A DNA stretch of 64,000 nucleotides from the NCBI GenBank assembly GCA_964276515.1, contig OZ193910.1, forward strand, positions 620,001 through 684,000. Direction: 5' to 3'. Both the position numbers and the translations under genes were made by a program. Source of the DNA: Gordius albopunctatus. Lineage: Eukaryota. Positions 24,776-42,474 of the stretch are shown here, piece after piece. Numbering within the stretch: position 1 is the stretch's first letter; each line of letters starts with the position of its first letter. The notes beneath the pieces were generated by a model. It saw nothing but the letters and a program-made list of their open reading frames with translations. It did not search any database and had not been told where the DNA came from.

Positions 24776-27700
24776 TTATTTATAAAATTTAAATTTTTTG
24801 TTTCGTTTGTGATTTCCTTTTGGATAATCCTTCGTTTGGGTTTCCTGCTGTTTTAACCGTTGCAAAGCCTTTCGGTAGATCGGAATCAAGGCTCGAATCT
24901 CTTTGTTTTCATCTTCAGAGAATATCATCTTTTCACAATCTCCATCAAAATTCCAGCCCACTTCTGAAAACATTTTCCTGCAATCTGGTAACTACCCACG
25001 ATATAGCAGAAGACAAATTAGCGAACATAAAAATTATGAAAAAATCATGTACTAAGCATTCATATAAAAATGGGTATATAAAGTTTTAAAGAGGAGTCAA
25101 TCAATCTAAGTAGACTTTATCATATATATTTAAGGGCCTTTTTATACGAAAATGAATACCTTAACAATTAGCAATGCATAGAAAATGGCAGCATGCTTGA
25201 TAAGAATAAATAAGATTGGTATTAGGTTAAGCAAATTCTTAAAATATCGGTAAATTATGAAATTGATAATTAATAAAAATTCACTTGATCGGCTTCTACG
25301 AGGCTGAGAGCTAAACCGGTTTGGCCAGCCCTGGCCGTTCGTCCAACCCTGTGAACGTAACTTTTGGGGTGATGGGTGGGAAAATCGTAATTTATCACGG
25401 TCAACGAACTCTGGGGTGAAGGAGCAGACGATGCGTGTGATTGGTGGAAATCCATGCCACGTGACATGACGTCGGAGCAGACGAGGATGGATGCAGATGG
25501 AGTGTTGGGTGGGAGGGGTGAATTAAATTTTTGTATTATAGCTCGACCCTTGTCCCCTTTGCATTTACCACTCAGTTCAGCGACTGGATTCCCTCCAAAT
25601 GCCCCGGTATAATTCAGCAATCGGGCCAATCTAAAGTAAATTGACACGTATATATAATTTTAACGAAAAATATCTTGAGAATTTTATAAATGATATTTGC
25701 AGATATCACTAAAATAAGAGATATTGACTGGAGCCAATTTAAAAAATACGAGATCGAGGATAGAAGTTTCTGGATCACTCGATAGAAGTTTGCAATCATG
25801 TTCTGGCCTACACATCATTATAGTTAGATTGTTGTTTAGCTTCCCTTCAATGCCTATGATGCATATCAAGGATTATTATAACCCCCCCCCCTTTAAACTG
25901 ACTCATGGTAAACGTTCTTAGTGTATATATCATTTGAAAATATGATGATGAAATGCATTTGTACCGAGGCAAAAAAACTGAAAGTTGCATGGATTTCATG
26001 AAATTTCATAAAGACCAGAAACGAAGGCCGATTTAAACAAACATTGCGATTCTTAAGCCTTTGCACAACATATACTCGACACGTATTTAGGTATTTTGAC
26101 ATGTGAGGGAGGGACAGGGGTCAGATTTGTTAAATTTTGTGCCCGCCCCGAACCCATCTTAGTATCAAGATGTCCGACCGAAAATGATGCCCTTTTAAAA
26201 TTTTTGGCAGTAATCTCGTTATATTTTCCATTGAATTTACTTCTATTTCCGATTTTATGTGATAAGAACTTGGATTATATCCAACATCCATACAATCAAA
26301 TAAAAAAATGATAAAATAATGTAGGAAAACAAGATAAAACAAACATTTTTTAAAATATAATTGTGCCCGAATCTGGTTAGGGTGCCGTCCCGGACCCGCC
26401 CAAAAATTAGAGGTGGCCCGTGGGGGCAGGGTTTTCCTGATCTCTGATGAGGGGGTTACTTTAGCCATTAATCCAACCTTATAGATTAAATTAATGTCAC
26501 TTTAAATATTTTAATATAAAAAACATTAAGAGATGCTTTTAAAAGATAATAGAGATCAGCTGTTATACCTGTGACTGGATTGGACGGATTTGGTGAAGCA
26601 TAAAATACGAGAGAAACGTTTTGAAGTCAGCAAGTACAACAAGTACAATGGCTTATCCCCTTTCTTCCCACACTCCAAATATTGTTGTTGCAAAGTGGAG
26701 GGCAAAACGTATGCAGGATATTTATCCACCTCTTGAACCCTACCCCCTCCATCATCTAAATATATTATACAAAATTTATATTCGTAAAATTAATTGATAA
26801 AAATATCTAAATTTAAGTCAGTGCCAAAGGAAAAAAACACTTTAGATCAAAAAGAGTGATTTTATGCTATCTTTCTTATTCCAAGAAGAATAAATCTTAA
26901 TTACCATTCAAACAATATCAATTAACAAAATGAAAATATGTGTTCTGACCTTTATACCTCCCAATGTGAGCTAAATAAATCTTTACATATTGGATGTTAT
27001 ACAAACCATTATTGATGGATGAACACCCTTCAAACATGAGGGGGAGAAATAGATTGAGTTGAGCTAATTTGTCTGGATCAAATGAAAAGGTGGCTGAGAA
27101 TAGGAGTTTGTGGGGTGGCCTCCTGAAAAGACCACAAAGGTGGGTGTTTAATGTCATTGGCTGCCCCTCTGACCAATGAGGAAGGGTTGAATCATTGCCC
27201 AAAGATATGGATTGATTAAGGTGAAATAACCAATCTTGTTTGACATCTTGAAATACTCTATCTGCTTCATCCACCACTAAAAATCTGATTAAAGCATAAA
27301 TAATTAAGAAATATCAAAATTATAAATTCATAGCTTAGATATAATATTCATAAATCAGATATTATAAAAAGGTTATCTAATAGGTATAAATAAAATTATG
27401 AAATAATTAAAAATTGATAAACTTTATTATTTAGCTATAAGGGTAAATTATTTAGATAAAAATATATATTAGAGTTTTAATTTAATTGCACAGAAGTCTA
27501 AGTAGGACTTAGATATTTATCAAGTTGGATTTAAGATATTTTTTGTGTTTTACAAATGTAAATTTTATAATAGCAAACCTTAGATTATGAAGTTTAAATC
27601 CAGGTGTATTATGAATATGATCAATAAGACGTCCAGGTGTGGCAATAATTATGTCAACTTTTGAAGTTGGCAATTGGCCTTCATCATGATAATCAAGGCA

Positions 27701-28330
27701 TAATTCATTAATTTCTGATAATTTTGTTTCTAAAATCTCTTCTTTTTCTAACTCTACATTTTTTTCACCAGAAATTAATCCTATCTAATACGTATTGAGG
27801 GGTTAATATAAAACTAATATTACTTTAATATCCAATTTTTGAGCAAACTTGATAAATACTTTGTAAACTTGTGAAGCAAGATTTTTTGTGGGTAAAATGA
27901 TTAATGCTTTAATCTCTCTTTGCCTGCATTTTTGTTTGCTATATAGTGATTGCAGAATAGGTAAAACATAGGCCAGAGTTTTGCCACTACCAGTTGGAGC
28001 TTTGACACAAATATCCTGAGGTCTTGCAGGATCATATTTATTAGATTTTCCAGTACTAGATAAAATCTTATTGATAACTGATATTTGAACTGGAAAAAGA
28101 TAGGAGATATCTTGTTCAATTAAAGTTGATCTTAGTTTTTTATTTAAAAAATTAATATTTTTAACATTTGTCCTTAGTTGATTTGGGTCATTCGAAAAAG
28201 TAACTGGATTAATAATCCAATTAGGTAATGGAGCATCTAGCTAAACATAAGTTAGTATATAAAACATTAAGATAACCTTTTCGTTAAAAATAATTTTCTT
28301 TTCGTCAATTATTTGAAATTCGTCTTCCAT
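24776..28330 (-). CDS. DDX51: DEAD-box RNA helicase DDX51 (Dbp6 orthologue)
   Basis: Exons 28330-28277, 28240-27824, 27784-27579, 27284-27007, 26755-26569, 25630-25285, 24991-24776. Motifs [72 protein letters not shown]. Confidence 0.9.
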
Positions 28331-28637
28331 GTGTTTCTTCGTTAATGGACAAAATATATCAATTCTAAAAACTCATAATTTTATTCATATAATTTGTTGG
28401 CAATTTAAATCTACATTTAATACAGATTGCGTTTTCGAAGATTTATTATATAATTATGCAATAAATAGAAATTAAGTGGCGGACAAAATTTAGGCAATAT
28501 GTAAATCAAATCTGTCCATGCCTAATAATTAGATTATTATGTTGCATTCATAGACTGCTCATGCCATATGTTCCATATGGTAAATTGTTTGTCAAATTAT
28601 CCGCCATTGCAACTTGGACAACTGGTGTATTTCAACT

Positions 28638-29010
28638 ATGCATTTTTGTGCTGTTCCATATTGTTCTCATAGAAAAACTCTTATGATAAGTAAGTAAATT
28701 ATCTTTGTTTAAAAGTGAAGTATATTTAAGTCAGATTGACATTGATATTATAAAATTTAAATCATAGGCAAACTTTAAGAATCAACGCTTAGTGTTAGGC
28801 AATTCGGCTCGCTAGCAATTTTAATGACAATGGTTTCAAAAAAATGATAAATACTATAAAAGTCCTGGATTCAGAAGATAAAAAGGGAATTCCAACCATC
28901 AATCCATTCTAGTATCTGTTTTTATCATTATTCCAAGGACATATACTATCCAACTTCTGGAAAATATCTTCGATTATGGAAAATGACATTCCAACAATTT
29001 TTGATTTTCT
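28638..29010 (+). pseudogene. Degenerate THAP-domain coding relic
   Basis: MHFCAVPYCSHRK...KLSLFK, RINA*C*AIR, EFQPSIHSSICFYHYSKD and NDIPTIFDF reproduce the THAP C-x4-C...W...P...C-x2-H...AVPTIF pattern, with stops and frameshifts. Confidence 0.65.
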
Positions 29011-29043
29011 ATGACAGGTAAACCTATAAACTTTCATCATTAA

Positions 29044-29857
29044 CCCTCCATGTACTTATAAAAATCCCAGGTTTATAAAACCCAATCTTTCAAAATTCTA
29101 AAATTATATGCAATTTACTAAAATTAATAAAAGTGGCATGTTTTATTTATTGTTATGGAGACCAAATATTTAGTTGAAATATAAAAACCAAATGTTTTTT
29201 CACTGAAGGAAGGTTTGAATAATATAAAAAACATGCATTATTTCTGGTTTTAAAGCAGTCGCAGAATCTGAGTCAATTTTTTGGTCATAATGAAAAGATG
29301 ACAATATCACCTGCTTGTTTTTTTTGGAATATAAGATACTAACGTTATATTTTCTTGAAAAAGAAAGTTTATTGAAAGACTTTTGCATTTTTTGCTTGGC
29401 CAAAATTTTGTGTAATTTGCTTTTTATATTGCATTTTTATTTGTAACTATGTCAAATGGCTTGTTACTATCTTTATAAGAATCATCTGGCTGAGAGCATG
29501 TGTATAATTCCAAGTTATATGTGCTATAGCTCGCCTTTTCCCACACTCGCTATCTCCTTGATTTTAACACACTCTCACCCTTAATTATCTCATTATTTCC
29601 TGTTCCCTCTTAGTTTTTAGACGTTAGGATTTCATCATCCATCATTTGAGTTTTGTACTTGTAAACAAGTTGACCTTCGTTATTTTTAAGTACATTTATT
29701 ATTCCAACGCTATTCCCTATATATTGACAATTTATCGCATCTATTGGATTCTTGCTTTTTCGCATTTATACTGATTCGTGCTATTTTCCGTTCTATAAAA
29801 ATATGTATGACAAGTTTTGCATCCACAAAAGAATAGTTGAGCCCATATTTTTAAGGG
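29044..29857 (-). mobile_element. Internally deleted piggyBac element
   Basis: TTAA|CCCT left end at 29040-29047 and AGGG|TTAT right end at 29854-29861. Minus-strand remnants TYNLELYTCSQPDDSYKDSNKPFDIV and SKKNKQVILSSFHYD...KPEIM resemble piggyBac transposase. Confidence 0.7.
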
Positions 29858-29899
29858 TTATTTGGAATATATGGTCAAAAAGTTACCTATTTTAGCATA

Positions 29900-30193
29900 T
29901 AAAATATTCTTGATTAAAACAGGATATTAATAAAAATATATTCTCCACCATTCTAATGTGTCGTATATTTCATCATCCTTTTTTGCAAGTTTAATATATT
30001 CCTCAAGTTCATCTTTTTCTTGAACATTTTCATCTGCACATTCCTCTCAAGCGGAAAAATCCACGTGAAAGATATTTTTGTTATGCAATGTAAGATTTAT
30101 AACCTTCAACCCTACCCGACCCGAAAGCGTTTTAAAATTTTCAACCCGAACCCGATCCTGCGCGAAGGTATTTTAAAATTCGTGCAGGGCTCT
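29900..30193 (-). mobile_element. hAT element end with a transposase dimerisation-domain remnant
   Basis: Minus-strand DELEEYIKL...DTLEWWR...YPVL, followed by acccgacccga subterminal repeats and terminus gtgcagggctcta. Confidence 0.55.
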
Positions 30194-31397
30194 ATACACA
30201 ACCCTGATAATCATAAGAATTGGGAAAGCCTCTTTACCCTCAGTTTTCACACTCTAGCCATCCCCAAACCTGCTACAAAGCACCTCTCAAAAGACATTAA
30301 AGCATCAATTTTGGAATTTGATCTCCTTAATCCCTTGAAACCACTCTTGAAGCACAACCATCACCCAGTTGACAACAAAGCTAAAAAGATAACCACTAAA
30401 ATCAATAACATGGAAATCCGTTCAGCTCTTAAAATCCTGGAATCGGATGACTCAATAGCGCCAATTACCAATACCACCTTCGACCTCCTCCAGCAAAAAC
30501 ACCTCGAAGGTCATCCATTACCGCCTAACCTCCTAAACGTCTCACATATTCCCCTCATGGACTTCACTCTTCAGAAAGTAGCCGAAGCTCTTATGTCTTA
30601 CAAAAAAGACTCGGCCAGGGGCCTCGATGGGATACGACCAATTTACCTCCAGGACCTCATCAAACCTCAACTTAGTGGCTCACATGCTCTCCTAGCCAAC
30701 TTAACCAGCCTTTATAACATAATAACGCGGGGACATTTTCCTTCTGAAAAAGTTCCTCTCCTATTTGGTGGAAAACTAATAGCTTTTAAAAAACCAGATG
30801 GTTCGATCCGACCCATTGTTGTTGGATCAGTCCTCCGACGCATGGTTTCCAAAATAATCACCTCTCGAATCCGTTCATCTTTAACGACTTCTCTCCTCCC
30901 AAACCAACTTTGTTTTGGCGTGAAAGGGGGATGCGAGGCTGCTTTCAATATAGCTCGAACATTTCTTGAGTCTTCCTCACCAAATGACCTCCTGGTGAAA
31001 CTCGATTTTAAAAACGCTTTTAACAACGTAAACCAAGCCGCCTTTATTGAACCGTGCATACTACTATTTCCGGAATTCCATCAGTTTCTGTTAAATAGCT
31101 ATGGGAACCCAACGTATCTACTCTGTAGGGACCAAATAATCAAATCATCCCAAGGAATCCAACAAAGAGATCCTTTGGGCCCGGCCCTCTTCTGTATGGC
31201 GATTCAAACCATCATCGATAAACTCTCCTCTCTAGGAGCCTTCTCATGTAATTTATGGTACCTTGATGACGGATTCCTGGTCGGCCCAGCCAAAGCAGTC
31301 CGGAAAATCCCACAGATCATCAATGGCTACGCAGACAATATATGACTCAGCCTAAACACAGCGAAATGTGAGATCTTCACCAAAGATCCCACAATCG
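30194..31397 (+). mobile_element. CRE-like non-LTR retrotransposon reverse transcriptase, degenerate and cut by the assembly gap
   Basis: SARGLDG, KPDGSIRPIVVGSVLRR, GVKGGCEAA, KLDFKNAFN, GIQQRDPLGPALF, WYLDDG. An in-frame stop at 31343-31345 precedes LSLNTAKCEI. Confidence 0.8.
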
Positions 31398-31597
31398 NNN
31401 NNNNNNNNNNNNNNNNNNNNNNNNNNNNNNNNNNNNNNNNNNNNNNNNNNNNNNNNNNNNNNNNNNNNNNNNNNNNNNNNNNNNNNNNNNNNNNNNNNNN
31501 NNNNNNNNNNNNNNNNNNNNNNNNNNNNNNNNNNNNNNNNNNNNNNNNNNNNNNNNNNNNNNNNNNNNNNNNNNNNNNNNNNNNNNNNNNNNNNNNN
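31398..31597. other. Assembly gap (200 N)
   Basis: Run of N. True distance and adjacency of the two sides are unverified. Confidence 1.
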
Positions 31598-32157
31598 TCA
31601 CCATCCATGGATCGAAGCGAGCTCATTAATTTAATATACATTGCATACAACATACTTAATTATTTAATAAAATCCTTTGTTTTCTTTAATTGTAAGATTT
31701 AATTTTAAGGAGAGCAACGTTTTTTTGAAAAATAATAAAAATTCTTTGATTTAACCCAGATACTACAAAATAATGAATTTTGACTTTTGATGGAAGGAAC
31801 CTGTCCATATATAGCTCAGTTCATGCATGTCCAACTTGTAATAAGGAGCGACCACATAGAGATTTATAAATATAATTCTAAATTTATAAGGGTAAAAATT
31901 TTATGATTGTGATTGCATAAATTTAGGCGTTATTCTAAAACTAAATTCATCACCCGAAGTTGCAAATGAAGCTCAAAATGTGAAGGCTTTATATAATTTA
32001 AAAGGGTCCTAACATATTCAGATATTATACAAAAATATTTTAGCTTAGCATCAAAGAATACTTTATATTTATAAAAGTCGTTTATAAATAAATAATGTGC
32101 AAAACAACGATAATACTATTAACATAATCGAAGATAAATATGTATTTTATAAAATTT

Positions 32158-35891
<3,734 letters not shown>

Positions 35892-36468
35892 AATGAAATT
35901 CTTAATTACAATGTTGATTTTACAAACATCATATGAATTATAGTACTAAGCAACTCGACAATTTTTAATACCGTTTGTCGTTTGCAGATGCGACATCCGT
36001 GATTTTTCGACCAGCCAATTTCTTATAAATGAATTATGGAAACTTTTTATTACCTTAAATATATAGTCATTAAATACTTAAAAAGTGAAACTTTAGTGTT
36101 GAGTTTTGAAGCTTAACCGAGTAAGATAAAGGTTTGAAATTAGTAGTATTTAAAATTTTATTGGAATTACTATTTACGTATGATTTAGGATCTGACAAAA
36201 TTATTAATGTTTTGCATATCTTCAGAAATTGGAAAATATTATATATTAGCTAAACAAAAATTTGTTATTTATTTTGCGTTAGAGTATAGAAATTCAAACA
36301 ATTTAGATTAAATATAGGGTACTGACTGATGATGAATTATAATTTACAAACCGAACATATTATATCTAACTTAAAAGGAGCTTATATCTTAATTAATCCA
36401 TATTTTTTTAATGGTTAAGTGTCTTTTCAAGAAAACAAGTATATATATATGGACATATTGGTTAGATA

Positions 36469-38017
36469 TAGTGTTTCGATCTCGTCTCGTATCGGGAGCG
36501 ATTATGAAAATCTCGCTCTCGTTTCATCTCTGTCTAGAAAAAATCTAATTGTTAATTGAAACAAAATAAGTTATATCAAAATGTATAATACGATTTTATA
36601 AATAAATACATATTATCAAATAAATCACTAAATCTAACCCTAACCCTTGCCTATATTACATTTTGCACATAATTAATTCATAAAGATAACATTTTTTATG
36701 GAAAGCGCAGACTAAAAAAACTATAAATAAATTTGAAGTATAGAAAATTAAATTTTATTTTCCTAGCAAATTATAACATTTGTATCAAATTCACTGTGTC
36801 TGTCATCTATAAATAGACTTAGAAAATTATAAGTTCGCTTATAGTTGACTTAGTTGCATAATTGAGAAAATTGAGACCCTCAAAGTAGACCTTAACATAT
36901 TTAAGACAAACGTTTAAGTCCATTGATATTTCCATCATCAATATTGCATGTTTACTATAGCGTTATAATTTCACTGCAAGTGCGAGTGACTTTTGATGAG
37001 AATATTATTATTTACAGAATCGATAACTAGTTGCACATATTAAAACGTTGTAAAAACAACAATAAAAGCAGCATTATTATAGGATTTACAACATAAGGTT
37101 TTAAACTTTAAATTGCATGTATTTCCATTTATGACAAAAATCATTATAATCAAATTTATATTCCAAATAATTACATCTAAATTCTAACAAACTATGCCAG
37201 TAAATATTTATTTATCGAAAACAGTATAGGTTCGTGTATTTCTTTTATATTGCACAATTATGGGAATATAGTAAATTTAAATGCAGCCAACCCAGCTTAT
37301 AATGTGAAAAGTAATGCATATGACAAAACTATGTATTCACATAATGTCTTATTAATATTCAAAAATTTGGGAGGTATTCTATTAGTTGTAGCATAAAAAC
37401 TTCTAAAAAACTCATGATTTCGATTTAATCTATTACGGTGTCACTAAATACTCTATTGCACTTTTAAAATCGTTAGGCGGATGCTAAAAAATCTCCAGCC
37501 ACCTTAGCTTAACTTGTTTAATTAATCAAACTGATTGACCACCTATTTAAAATTACCGCATTATGCAGGATGAGTAACTGGGAAATATAAATATGCTTTA
37601 GTAATATTTACTATTCCATCAGAACTCATTCTAAGCCTAAAATGTTGTAATATTTAATAATTCTATGGATACAAATATGTGATACAGATTATATAAAATT
37701 ATTCACATATCCTATGGGTCAACCATACTTGGCTAAATGATTTCCAAATTTTAAATTTTTTGCAAAAATGTAGAATATTTACCACACTTGGAAATTTTTT
37801 TATATCAAATATATTCCATATATATTTATTTACACTTAATAATTTAATTGAAAATCATGCAAATTAAAATACACAATAGTCTAAAGATCAATAAAAATTC
37901 GAGATCTCGCCGAAAAAATCTCGTATCGTCTAGTCTCGACATTAAAATTCTCATCTGGATCTCGACTCCATTAGACGAGACGAGACCGAGATTTTTCTCG
38001 GGTTTTCCGCATCATTA
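36469..38017. mobile_element. Degenerate hAT-type element about 580 bp upstream of the CDK8 start
   Basis: Perfect 8-bp TSD gttagata (36461-36468 and 38018-38025), imperfect termini tagtgtttcg / cgcatcatta, inverted tctcg / cgaga subterminal repeats. Confidence 0.65.
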
Positions 38018-38059
38018 GTTAGATACAAAAATCTATATCAATATCTTCAAAAATACAAG

Positions 38060-39060
38060 AATCGGCAAAGGATTTAAAGTTGTATCCTATAACAAGAATC
38101 CCAAGTTGTTGCCTAAGTAAAATAGACGCGGAGATTTTAGATTTCGGTGAGCGTTCTTAGATTTTTTTAAAAATTCCATTGACTGTCTACCGAAGGAACC
38201 AGAGCCCGAGGCAACAACAGGCATAATAATATTGGATGCGAAAAGGGCAGTATTTTGAAGTTTTACGCCTTTCTGCGGTAGCGAGAGGGACGTATTTAAA
38301 ATAGGAAGGAGCAAATAAGTCAATGCAAATAAAATCCCATTTGAGGGAAGGCCATTTTGCCAGGGAACTAGAGAATAGCCGTCAGGGCGCATCCTACCTT
38401 CCAGAGAGGAATCTGACGGCTCAAGTATTGAAGAGATTTAACCTTTTTAAGGGCTGCTTGAGTTAATAAATTGGTTTTAGTGTGCCTAACATATTTAAAT
38501 TTGTTTGCAAGGCAGTGTAGAGGGTGCCTGGCATTACTGTGGTAAGACAATTCCGACAAGAGAACTCTTTGGTGTAACTAATCCCAAACCAAACCTTAAA
38601 GCTATGGAATATCAAAGCTCAAAGTGGTCAAGCAGCATTTCCAAAAGCTTGCTGAGAGAGATCGCTACTAGGTAAAAGGTAATCAACGGAGCGGGATACT
38701 AGTTCAGAATCCCAATCCTTCTGTCTCGTACTTTGAGGTTGAATGGTCTTGGGTGTGTCATTCAGACTTTAAAGCTCCAAGGCTTGAATTAGCAGAGGGT
38801 CGGGATCATGTGTTGTGAGTTTAAAAATGAAATTTTTGACTGTTTTAAAAGAGAATATAAAAGCAGCTAGCGATATTATGCTTGGGAGGGCGAATTCCTA
38901 ATCCTCCTGATTTGGTTTGTGCTTGAAACCAATTGTTGGTGTTAAATTTTAAATTCAAAATTTTCTCTAAAGTTTTTAGAAAGCCTTCGTACGACTTAAA
39001 ACGACTGGGTGTAAAAATGCCCAGATGAGCGAAAATAAGGATTAATTTTATAAATATTTG
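38060..39060 (-). pseudogene. Degenerate 3' portion of a CRE-like non-LTR retrotransposon
   Basis: NARHPLHCLANKFKYVRH (zinc knuckle) and RPDGYSLVPWQNG (restriction-like endonuclease motif). Boundaries approximate. Confidence 0.7.
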
Positions 39061-42000
39061 AATAGTTTTCGATTATGTAAACAATAAGAATAGTGATAGT
39101 AACCAGTCTACTCTAAAATAATTGAGTTAAGTAAAGTGTCGTAATAAACATTTATATGAACCAAGACGAAAAAATGTGTAAGGCAATCAGAGTCTACAAT
39201 TGGAGAGCATTAGCTTAGATCCTTTAAATCTCGATCTTATCTTTTATCCATATTTTTCTACCCGAACTCGAGCCAAATTTTTTTAAAATTTTCAACCCGA
39301 CCCGGCCCGACCCGAAAGCGTTTTAATCATTTTAACCGAATCCCTCCTGAACGCATTTCAAATTTTGGTATCCAACGCGAGTCTAACAAAAATCGCGTTG
39401 TGTTTGTGCGTAGCCAGCAGGAGTGGCAGGGCCAACGGCTGCCCCGCTCTAAATCTAAAAATTTCTTGACATTTTATCAGATTATGGCTAAAATTAAAAA
39501 GTGATTATTTTTCCGCCCCCCTCTAATTTTAATCCTGAATACGCTCCTGAGGCTGTTTAAAATTTAATCGTCAAATTAAGTTTAATTTATGAAACTAATT
39601 GATATCACAGATTTTAATTACTAAATTTATTTGAATGATTTATTATAGAGATAGATATAATATAATCTACAACATTAAATTTGAAATATATCGTTTTGCA
39701 AATAAACCCTTCAATAAATTTGAACTGACTTTTATTTGTTTTATCAATATTATATTTATGTATTTCAAATCAATAATTAACTATCACTTTGCACTATTTA
39801 AATACAATTTAAAAATATTATTTTGTTTTTCACGAATCAAATTTAAATATGCGTCCAAAGTAAAACAATTAGATTTAGAAAAACCAAAAGAATTTAATTA
39901 ACTCAACGATGAATGATCTTTAATTATACATTTAGATTTTAATAAAAAAAATATTATACATGATAGCATTAATTTAAAAGATGTGTCCCGTGTATTTTGA
40001 AAACTTGAAAGCCTAACCGACTCCACTAGAAGGCATATTAAAATTTTTTAAGCCGAACGACAAAATCTTGCAAAAAGATTTTTTTACAACTTTTTACTAA
40101 TTCCTTTGTTGAGTAGGCTATTTAGAGGAGACACAAATATTTTTATGTTAAAGGTGCGGGTGAGTATTCTGAATAAAGTTTTTTTTTAATTTACATTTCA
40201 AAAAAGTCAGGCCGGGCCCGGGTCGGGCCTGAGTAAAAAAATTAGGGTTCTAGCCGTGCCTCAAAACTTTCATGAAAACACATTATAGCATAGAGATGTG
40301 CGTCAACTTAATTATTTTTCGCCTTTATTTAGCTGCAAAAAACTTTTTTATATCAAAAGTCCTAAACAACTTTCACAAACTCTTCCCTGAGGCATTCTCT
40401 TTGAAAGGCAGTTTTTGTTATTTCTTCGAAACAAAGATGATGATAGATGTCATATACGGCCAACTTCTTTTATTTTTAAATGTCCGCAATATTAATTACA
40501 TTTCATGGAATTATATTTAAAAAAACAAAATGTGATATAATATTATTTTAGTTTTATTCGTATTAATTAAAGACATTTTTTACATTTGTAAAATAATTTA
40601 ATAAAAATAATTATATTAATAGACAAAAGCTTTCCATTCACAAGTATATGACATTCAATATTTTTTAAATTTTATACTAAGTTCTCATTTAAAAATCACA
40701 AATAGGATATTATTGAAATTAGAATTCTGATATTTCCCATGATATATAGATAAACAAAAAATTTAAATTTTGTTATAATAAAATAAAAACAATATTTCTT
40801 AGGCATATTTTATTTATTTAATCTAATAATTCTTGTAAATTAAATCTATATGGTTAATTTATCTACTCAAAGCAATTAACAGGATTTTATAATGCAGTCG
40901 ATTAAATAGTAAACAAATCACGTACTTAGCCAAATAATTTCAATCTACAAAACGCAATAGTTAATTAAACAACAAAAACAAAATGATCAAAATATCCACA
41001 TGCCTCAAAACCTATGATTGGCAAGGATTCAAAATGCCACAATTTTAACTAACCCACCACCTCTTCTAAGAAATCCCGTTCTTACATTTCACGAATCATA
41101 CTTTAATTTTCATGACTTGGCTCTACATATCAACTATTTTCCCCAAAATCATATGATTTAATTTTCAAAATTAATAATTAAAAATAAAAAAGTTTCGTAA
41201 AATTAAAAATAAATGAGCCATCATCGCAAGTGCTATTCATCGAATCCCTTCAGAAACGATTTGCTATTTCAAATGATGTTAGACCTACTTCTGCCTCTCA
41301 AGTAATCTCCAATTTATTTATTATAAATTAATATAGTCGTGTTGTAAATTGGCTGAACCTAAAGTTGACCAAACAAGATCCAGCCGTTTTTACAATACTA
41401 TAATATAGTAAATCATTATCTTATTTAAATTTCATTATTTTTATCAATTTTTTATTTAATTAATACATATTATGACCAAATTAAAAATATGACAACGTTC
41501 AAATTCTTGACTAAGATATAATTAAAATTATAAAAGAGTTATATTCATTAAAATATTTGAGTATATTATTAGTAACTTTGTTTTCTTGAAATTGTAATTA
41601 AAAGTCGTACGATTACTTTAACTTTTGATCCCCTAGGTCGGTCGAAGTTCATTACCACTTAATTTAGAGAATGTGAAATTTTGGATGACTTCCATACTAT
41701 TAGTTTAATTAGTCTTGTGCAATTGATTTACAAAGCATTATTTAACTACAAAAGTAAGATAAAACCAAAAAACTGTAATTTTAAAATAAATTTAATAATT
41801 TAATTTTTCCCCATATAAATAAATCATAAAATTTTGTTTTAATTAAAAATAATGATTAAAATCTATTTGAAATTAATTGATCACGTGAAGTTATTTGGCC
41901 AACCTTTGCATCATCTTTAAATGTGTCATGTTCTTTTAAATGACAAAGGGTAAAACCTTTTTTTAAACGGGAAATTATATTTAAATTTTAATTGTTTCTA

Positions 42001-42474
42001 ACTTTTTTTCCCATAGAAATTAGAACGACACTTTGTATAATAGTACTTTTTTCTAATTTATTTTTCTTTTTTTTCCCCCTTTCTCTCTTTATTTTTATTT
42101 TACTTTTAATTTCTTCTGTAACATTCCCATTCCTTAGATATCACAAGTATGTATTAATTTTTTAAAAATCTTCGATTAAACGATAAAATAGAGAAAATTA
42201 GTGACATTTTTGTGAGCAAATTTCATTTGAAACGAGGAACTAATAGCATTACAAAAATTATATTTTAGAGTCATTGACAGGTTTTAGGGTGTAAAATTTA
42301 ATATAATTTTTTTTCGACATTTAACCTTATTTCCATTATTTGAATTATTTAATACGCTAATTTTAAAAATTAAAATGTTTTTTTCTGAAAAATAATAATT
42401 ATAGGGTAAACTCTGTTTGTCATTTTATATCGACATTTAAAGGTTGTACTATTATTTGGTAATGCCTAAAGCAC

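Noticed and set aside
30020..30193. N-terminal 58 aa of the 441-aa RT ORF
   Set aside because: This part reads through a hAT terminal region, so it is a chance extension and not a TE fusion protein.
31327..31653. ORFs spanning X residues
   Set aside because: Artefacts of the N gap.
41210..41300. Coding-looking stretch EPSSQVLFIESLQKRFAISND
   Set aside because: No recognisable homology or convincing acceptor; cannot be linked to arginase or another gene.
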